DNA from: an uncultured Chloroflexia bacterium
GTDB taxonomy: Bacteria > Chloroflexota > Chloroflexia > Thermomicrobiales > UBA6265
Length of the DNA stretch: 64,000 nt
Direction: 5' to 3'
Assembly (NCBI GenBank): GCA_963724295.1
Contig: CAVRUC010000002.1
Coordinates: 288,001 to 352,000 of the forward strand
In this document: piece by piece, positions 57,905-64,000 of the stretch
Layout of the letters: every line of letters begins with the position of its first letter
Position numbering within the stretch: position 1 is the first letter of the stretch
Program-made: the position numbers and the translations under genes
Notes under the pieces: generated by a model
Seen by the model: only the letters and a program-made list of their open reading frames with translations
Told to the model about the DNA's origin: nothing
The model's database searches: none

Positions 57905-58004
57905 CGTGGCAGGGTGGTTACTCGCTCCGCTCGTGGTGGCAGGGTGGCGGGGAGGCCAGGGAACGGATACCCGCCACCCCGCCACCCTGTGACCCTGTCA
58001 CCCT
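57905..58004. repeat. Inverted octamer repeat hairpin with TTACTCGCTCCGCTCG core
   Basis: GTGGCAGG units, then CCGCCACC/CTGTCACC units; paralog of 26908-27020. Confidence 0.8.
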
Positions 58005-58078
58005 CGAATAACCGTGACGCGTACTGGTCTGCCGAGCGACAATGATGCCGTCACCAACGTTCGCTCGAAAGGATCCCG

Positions 58079-59107
58079 ATGCGCGCTTTCGCTCCACTCC
58101 TTGTTGGCGTCTTCCTTTTCGCCCCCGCGCTGACGAGCACCGTCACGGCCCAGGCGACCGCGGTGGCGGAGACGCCGCCGGAGTCATGCCTGGCCGCCTT
58201 CACCTTCCCGGTTTTGCCGGGGGAGCATCCGCACGACGTCGCCCCCGCGGCCGATGGCCGGCACATCTGGTACACGGCACAGCACGCCGGGGCGCTGGGA
58301 TTGCTCGACCCGGTGACGGGAACGATCGAGTCGATTCCGCTGGGCGAGGGCTCCTCGCCGCATGGCGTCGTCGTGGCACCGGACGGCGCGGCGTGGGTGA
58401 CCGATACGGGGCTGAACGCGATCGTGCGCGTCGACGCGGAGACACGGGGGATCTCGGTCTGGCCGCTGGCGGGAGCAAACGCCAATCTCAACACCGCCAC
58501 CATCGACCCGGACGGCGTGGTCTGGTTCACCGGTCAGAATGGGGTCGTGGGTCGCCTCGACCCGGCCAACACGCCACCGGGGACGGTGATCGAGCCGGTC
58601 GCCGCGCCGCGCGGACCCGGTCCTTACGGAATCGATGCCACGCCGGAGGGTGACGTCTACTTCGCCTCCCTCGCCGGGAGCTATCTGGGGCAGATCGTGC
58701 CGGGAGAGGGTCAGCGCTTCACCGTCGAGGTGATCGAGCCGCCGACGCCAGGGCAGGGGACGCGCCGGGTCTGGTCCGATTCCCAGGGCGTGCTCTGGAC
58801 CAGCGAGTGGAACGCCGGTCAGGTCGGTCGCTACGACCCCGCGACCGGGGAGTGGACGGAGTGGCGCCTTCCTGGGGACGCACCCCAGGTCTACGCGGTC
58901 TTCGTCGACGAGCGAGACGACGTCTGGCTGAGCGATTTCGGGGCCAACGCACTCGTGCGCTTCGATCCCGATACGGAGAGCTTCGCCGTGGTCCCGCTAC
59001 CCGATGCCAACGCCCAGGTGCGCCAGATGCTCGGTCGCCCAGGAGAGGTTTGGGGCGCCGAGTCCGGCGCCGACGCGCTGGTGGTCGTCCGCTCGATCTG
59101 TGGCTAA
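58079..59107 (+). CDS. Secreted Vgb (virginiamycin B lyase)-like beta-propeller
   Basis: PHDVAP, PHGV, GPYGI, RRVWSDS repeats; signal peptide. Confidence 0.88.
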   Translation: MRAFAPLLVGVFLFAPALTSTVTAQATAVAETPPESCLAAFTFPVLPGEHPHDVAPAADGRHIWYTAQHAGALGLLDPVTGTIESIPLGEGSSPHGVVVAPDGAAWVTDTGLNAIVRVDAETRGISVWPLAGANANLNTATIDPDGVVWFTGQNGVVGRLDPANTPPGTVIEPVAAPRGPGPYGIDATPEGDVYFASLAGSYLGQIVPGEGQRFTVEVIEPPTPGQGTRRVWSDSQGVLWTSEWNAGQVGRYDPATGEWTEWRLPGDAPQVYAVFVDERDDVWLSDFGANALVRFDPDTESFAVVPLPDANAQVRQMLGRPGEVWGAESGADALVVVRSICG

Positions 59108-59122
59108 TTCTCCGCCAGTTGA

Positions 59123-59749
59123 TTAGGCCGGCTCGGCGACCGGCGCAAGGGCGTGATTGAGTGTGGTCAGGATGCCGGCAATGAAGCGATCGTCCGCCTC
59201 CGGGTGCGGCGGCTGGCCCAGAAACTGCCGCCAGTAAACGTATTGATACAGCGCTCCCAGCAGCATGTACGCGACGGCATCAGGGCCAGTGTCACCGCGG
59301 ACGCGACCGATTCCCTGTTCAGCACGAAGATAGGCGGCGACTGCTTCGTTCGCTCGCTGTGGTCCGGCACCGCGCTCCTGGAGCAACTCTCGGTGACGGG
59401 CCAGCAGCTCGGGGTCGGCAAAGAATGAGGCCCCCATCGGGATCGCCTCACGATAGAAATCAAGGGCGGACCGCGCGAGCTGCTCCAGCACGGCTAAGAC
59501 GGTTTCGGTCCCTACACGCCCGTGCAAGCCTCGGATAAGCGTGACAAACCCGGACGGCAGCTCGTTCAGCGTGCAGAGAAACAACTCCTCTTTGTTGGAG
59601 AAGTGGTTGTAGAGTGTGCCTTCGGACACGCCCGCCGCGCGCGCAATCTCTTTGGTGGTTGCGCGCACCAGTCCTTTGCTCAACATCACCGCACGCGCCG
59701 CGTCAATGATGCGCTCTCTTGTCCCGGTTCTTCCCGCCACGGGTGGCAT
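59123..59749 (-). CDS. TetR/AcrR family regulator
   Basis: TTKEIARAAGVSEGTLYNHFSNKEEL. Confidence 0.94.
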   Translation of the reverse strand: MPPVAGRTGTRERIIDAARAVMLSKGLVRATTKEIARAAGVSEGTLYNHFSNKEELFLCTLNELPSGFVTLIRGLHGRVGTETVLAVLEQLARSALDFYREAIPMGASFFADPELLARHRELLQERGAGPQRANEAVAAYLRAEQGIGRVRGDTGPDAVAYMLLGALYQYVYWRQFLGQPPHPEADDRFIAGILTTLNHALAPVAEPA

Positions 59750-59751
59750 CC

Positions 59752-59801
59752 TTGACAATGAGTGAGTGCTCACTTAGCATTCTAGAAAGTGAGTGTTCAC
59801 T
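59752..59801 (+). promoter_or_regulatory. Promoter TTGACA-17-TAGCAT with two TetR-type operators
   Basis: AGTGAG-TG-CTCACT at 59761-59774 and AGTGAG-TG-TTCACT at 59788-59801. Confidence 0.82.
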
Positions 59802-59899
59802 CAGTATCGGCAATCGATGTCGATTCTGCCAGTCCTTGCTCGACAACCTACAGCGCGAGGCTCTTTCCACGTTTTTCTCGTCCCTATCAGGAGCAACCC

Positions 59900-60880
59900 A
59901 TGGTCGGAACCCGCTTCCCAAATTCCCGCTTTACTCGTCGCCGCGCGTTACGCTCCATGGCCGCTGCGCTTGTCCCTGCGGCTAGCGCCGGGCTCGAACC
60001 TGGCGCTATTCGCGCTGACGAGGCAACTCCCGCTGACGCTTCTGCCGTTGAAGGCACGAGCCCGGAGATCGTCTATCTCGTGCAATACATTCACCCGGAG
60101 AAGACGTTCTTCTGGGTTCCGGGCCTCGCCAACGATGAAGTGCGCGCCGGTCTTTACGACCTCGATGTCGCCACCTATCAAGCGATCAGAGCCGAGTTTG
60201 TGGCGGCCGCACGACGGACAGCGGAAGAGTTGCTCGCAGAAGAATCGTTCGCGGACAAGGTGGACCAGTTGCCGTTCGAGCGCAACGCGGTTGTGGCGGT
60301 TCTCGGAGAGAGCGACACCGATTCGCTGCAATCCTGGTTCGAGATTCTTCGCCAACTGCTCGATCTGCGTCGCCCCGCGGACGGCATCGTGTTGGTGAAT
60401 TCGGGGGTCTCCGCACTTACGACTACGCAGGCTTTCAACCCCTTCATGCCGGTTCTGGCGCAGCAACCGGACTGGATCTTCTGTGCTCTAGGGGGCAATG
60501 ACGCGGCTCGCATTGGACCGGAGCCAACCAAGACGCTGGTTTCGCTTGACGAGACGACGCGCAACCTCGCGGAGTTGCGGCGTCTGGCTGGGATCGCGAC
60601 GCAGGCGCGGTGGGTCTGGCTCACCCGAATGCCCGTTGACGAGGCCCGTATGGAGACGTACGAACCGTTCCGAATGGGGCCGCTCCCGTTCATTTGGCGC
60701 AATCCCGACCTCGAGGCGATCAACGGGTGGCTTCGCGATCAGCCGGAGCCGGTCGTCGACATCTACGCGGGATTTGGTAGGCCGGTCCCGCCGGAGTTTC
60801 AGGAACCCGATGGCCTGCATCCGACGCTGGCCGGGCACCAGGCCCTGGCCAGGGAATTCGTGGACCGTCTGGCGGGATGA
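59900..60880 (+). CDS. SGNH/GDSL hydrolase with Tat signal
   Basis: FTRRRAL; GES, NSGVS, GGND, DGLHP. Confidence 0.9.
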   Translation: MVGTRFPNSRFTRRRALRSMAAALVPAASAGLEPGAIRADEATPADASAVEGTSPEIVYLVQYIHPEKTFFWVPGLANDEVRAGLYDLDVATYQAIRAEFVAAARRTAEELLAEESFADKVDQLPFERNAVVAVLGESDTDSLQSWFEILRQLLDLRRPADGIVLVNSGVSALTTTQAFNPFMPVLAQQPDWIFCALGGNDAARIGPEPTKTLVSLDETTRNLAELRRLAGIATQARWVWLTRMPVDEARMETYEPFRMGPLPFIWRNPDLEAINGWLRDQPEPVVDIYAGFGRPVPPEFQEPDGLHPTLAGHQALAREFVDRLAG

Positions 60881-60920
60881 ACGCTCAAGGTGGGCGGTAG
60901 CAACACTGAGGAGGAAGTCA

Positions 60921-61385
60921 ATGGACTCGCTCTACCTCTGGCTGAAATTTGTGCATGTGGTGGCGGCAGTCGTCTCTGTCGGGGGCTTCCTCGCCTTGAC
61001 GGTGCTCAATGCCCGGATCGCACGCGCGGGTGAGCCAGCGGCAGCCGCCGCTTTGGGGCAGCAAAGCGAAGTGTTTGGGCGGACGGTTCTTGGACCAGCA
61101 ATGGGCATCCTCTTGATCGCCGGTCTGTGGATGGCCGGCCAATTCGGTATTCCGTTCACCGACCTCTGGATCGTCTGGGGGCTGGTCGGATTCGTTCTCT
61201 TCGTTCTCCTGGGGGTGGTCGGACTCGGCCGCACCGGAGCTGAACTCGGCGAGGTAGCGAGGACGGCGGGCGCGAACGATCCCCGCGTGGCCGCCTTGCG
61301 ACAGCGAATGTCCCTTCTGAGTTGGCTCAGCCTGCTCGTGCTGTTGTCGGTGATCTGGGCGATGGTCCTCAAGCCGACGTTGTAA
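60921..61385 (+). CDS. DUF2269-like membrane protein
   Basis: LKFVHVVAA...MVLKP; GAGGAG RBS. Confidence 0.85.
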   Translation: MDSLYLWLKFVHVVAAVVSVGGFLALTVLNARIARAGEPAAAAALGQQSEVFGRTVLGPAMGILLIAGLWMAGQFGIPFTDLWIVWGLVGFVLFVLLGVVGLGRTGAELGEVARTAGANDPRVAALRQRMSLLSWLSLLVLLSVIWAMVLKPTL

Positions 61386-61534
61386 CCGGGTCGCATTTGG
61401 AGCCCACCGAACGGGTGCGCATCAGAGTCGGCGAAGGTCCCCGGGTTATCCATCCTCCGTTCCACTTAGCCAATTCATGCGCCCCATGGCCCCATACACG
61501 CCGTCGAGGTGGAGTTCCGACCTGAGTCAATGAG

Positions 61535-62275
61535 GTGAATTCTGTGAGTGAATTAGAGCAGCGCGCGGGCGAACGGCTCCTGCTGCATATCGGGGCCGTG
61601 GCCGCCATCATCGGTACGATCCTTCAGGTGGCCGCCGGAACCAGTCAAAGCGCGCAGCTCGGCGCTGGCGCGGACCTGGCCCTAGCTTCCCTGGCCACAC
61701 TGCCTGATTGGGCCTGGACGTTCACGTACTTCGGCTTCATTTTCGGCGCGGTTCTGTGGGTCGGCGCGCTCGTGGCGCTCGCCTCGACGCTGACCGAGGG
61801 CGCCGCCTGGGCGCTGGGCAGGCTAGCAGTCGCGGCAGCTATCATCGGCGCCACGTTGCACGCTGTCGATGGATCGCTTAACGCTGGTGCTCTGGCGGGG
61901 TTGGCCGGGGCCTGGGAGGCCGCGCCCGAACCGGATCGAGCGGCTTTGGTGCAAAACGCCGATCTGCTGCTACGCGTGCTGGATGCCACCTGGGCCGGGG
62001 TGATCACACTGTTCCACGGCGCACCGTTCGTGTTGGCCGGGCTGGCAGTCGCGGTCAGCCGCCGCTATCCCGCTTGGCTGGGCTGGATCGGGTTCATCGG
62101 TGGGGCGGGGTCGCTCGTCATCGGGATCGGGATGTTCCTCGGCTTGGCGCCCGCTGGACTGGCCGTACCGTTCGCGGTCGTTCTCAGTCTGTTCATGGTC
62201 GTTCTGGGTTGGCTGATGTGGAATCGGGCCCGTATCGTCACGCAGGGACGCGGGCCAATGGAGCATGCGGCCTGA
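61535..62275 (+). CDS. DUF4386-like membrane protein
   Basis: About 6 TM helices; RYPAWLGW. Confidence 0.75.
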   Translation: MNSVSELEQRAGERLLLHIGAVAAIIGTILQVAAGTSQSAQLGAGADLALASLATLPDWAWTFTYFGFIFGAVLWVGALVALASTLTEGAAWALGRLAVAAAIIGATLHAVDGSLNAGALAGLAGAWEAAPEPDRAALVQNADLLLRVLDATWAGVITLFHGAPFVLAGLAVAVSRRYPAWLGWIGFIGGAGSLVIGIGMFLGLAPAGLAVPFAVVLSLFMVVLGWLMWNRARIVTQGRGPMEHAA

Positions 62276-62362
62276 AACTTGGCATGCAGATCGCCGACTT
62301 CGCCTGTCGCGGCGGCGTAACGCAGTGGTCTACGGCATGAACTGATCTGAGCAGGCAACTGA

Positions 62363-63437
62363 CTAGGTGACGACGATGACCCCGGTCATCCCGGGATGCG
62401 GCCCGCATTTGTAACGGTAGGTTCCCGGCTCGTCAAAGGTCAGGCGAAACGAGTCTCCCGGCTCGATCAACCCGGAGTCATCGAAGGCGAGGTCGCCGCC
62501 GGTCACTGTGTGGGCCGCGTCCGAGTTGTTTACCCAGGTCACGGTATCGCCGGGAGCGACCTCGAGCGAGTACGGCTCAAACGTCCAGGTGTCAACGATC
62601 TCGACGGTCAGTGTCTCCTCGGGAGCCGCCAGCGCGGCTTCCCTCATCTCGCCGACCCGATCCGGGTTGAGGAGATAGAGGGCCACGGTGGTGCGTTCGC
62701 CCTCTCTGCGCAGGACCGCCACGCCGATGTTTTCGGCGTTTTGTGCTTGCAGACCCAGCACAACGTCGCCGGCTTCGCTGGCGGCGCCAGAGATGTCGCC
62801 GCAGGCAACCAGATTGGCATCGGGCTGATCCGTGCCGATGCCGATCGCGTGCCCAGTTGCGAGTAGCTTCGGCAACGGGGCTACCGATGGTCGAGACGCC
62901 GATCGCGACGGGAAGTGCCGTCGATTTCTCGGCGATCACTTGCGGTGCGACGTCGCCCAGCGAGAACACGATGTCCCCCGGCGCGGCACAGGAACCGGTA
63001 ATGATCTGGGCCGGATAGCTCAGTGCTCCTGGGCGCTCGAGCACGGTGAGTGTCTCGAATGACGTCTCGGCGTACGGCAGCGGCTCGATCGACCACTTCC
63101 ACTCGCCGGCGCGCGGGAAGGTCACCTCGGCCACGAAGTGCCCGACCGCTCCCTCTTGCCGGGCGGTGGCTGTGAACTCCTCAGCGGTCTCTTTGTGGAG
63201 GGCGCGGACGACGGGCGTGACGTCGCTGTTGGGGGTCACGTCATGCTGCAAGACCATGAAGCCGAACCGCCATGGGGTGGCGACCAGCACCTCACCGGGC
63301 GGCTCGTCGAGCCGCACGACGGCGTAGCCGCCGGCGAGCGCAGGCGCCGAGAGCGCGACCAGCGCCGCTGTCAGCACAAACCCGACTGTCGCCCGCCGCA
63401 GGTGCGCGCGTACGAGGGGGAGAAGACGCGAGGACAT
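62363..63437 (-). CDS. Secreted Ig-like (YtkA/FixH-like) + degenerate SOD/CHRD-like + cupredoxin fusion (apparent frameshift near 62878)
   Basis: AGGAGG RBS; VTFPRAGEW; YPAQIITGSC...HAIG...VACG; AHT...YKCGPHPGM; two frames join at a C4 run. Confidence 0.8.
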
Positions 63438-63547
63438 TGGTGAACCTCCTGTTTGGCCGGTGATCGAGGATTCGGGATCGTGCCGCCGCCGCGACCCAGT
63501 TCCTCCTCTCCATACCGCCACGAAGCGCGATCGGTTCCCGCGGCCAT

Positions 63548-64000
63548 TCATTCCTGAGCGGGTACGGATTCCGCGATCGCCAGCGCCTCCTCCCGGGGAA
63601 GCGCTGACTCGAGGCGCAGCGTCACTCCGTCCAGTTCCCAGATCAAGACGTTGCCGGCCAGGCGGTATCGCTCCTGGCGGCAGTCGTCGCCGTCGTAGCA
63701 GACGATGAAGAACGCGTGCGGCGCGCCGCTGATCCAGAACCCCTGCTGCCCGCCGACGGTCACCGCCTCCAGATGGGTCTCTTGGGCGCCGTCGTTCAGC
63801 AAACCCTTCTCGATCATGTCCCGATCTGCTTCTCCCCGGAACTGGGTGAGAAGCGCGCCAACGCCGATTTCGTCGCTTGCCGGCAACCCTGGTCCGGCGG
63901 GGTAGACGAACGAGATCATCGGGCCCTGGTCCTCGTCCAGGAAATAGATCTCTTGCGGCCCGTCAAAGCCAGCAGCGGCTGGGACGCGAACCGGGAAGTC
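63548..64000 (-). CDS. Putative anti-sigma factor, C-terminal DUF4367-like part (partial)
   Basis: GNVLIWELDGVTLRLES...EALAIAES. Confidence 0.7.
   Translation of the reverse strand, partial: DFPVRVPAAAGFDGPQEIYFLDEDQGPMISFVYPAGPGLPASDEIGVGALLTQFRGEADRDMIEKGLLNDGAQETHLEAVTVGGQQGFWISGAPHAFFIVCYDGDDCRQERYRLAGNVLIWELDGVTLRLESALPREEALAIAESVPAQE

Noticed and set aside
58079..59107. Streptogramin resistance gene
   Set aside because: The Vgb-like propeller family is widespread, and this one is secreted with no resistance context

Overview
GC-rich bacterial chromosomal window. The gene content and protein styles (Tat-exported proteins, an ECF/anti-sigma module, LLM oxidoreductase, cupredoxin fusions) suggest Thermomicrobiales/Chloroflexota, which is an inference. 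It holds about 55 CDS, mostly transport, cell-envelope and metabolic genes. Highlights: (1) an unannotated Rdx/SelW-family selenoprotein (20076-20357, CxxU) with an in-frame UGA and a SECIS-like hairpin, missed by the ORF track; (2) prfB with its programmed +1 frameshift; (3) a degraded IS110 element inserted at a GTAG-type REP and flanked by two copies of a ~130-bp REP-doublet unit; (4) three secreted proteins fusing a His/Cys SOD/CHRD-like domain, apparently circularly permuted, to a type-1 copper cupredoxin; (5) a leaderless MerR-vWA pair with a perfect 20-bp operator; (6) a dispersed family of hairpins built from inverted 7-8-nt tandem repeats; (7) an HTH-antitoxin/VapC pair. Several single-base frameshifts suggest indel errors in the assembly. 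No rRNA, tRNA or CRISPR array was seen.
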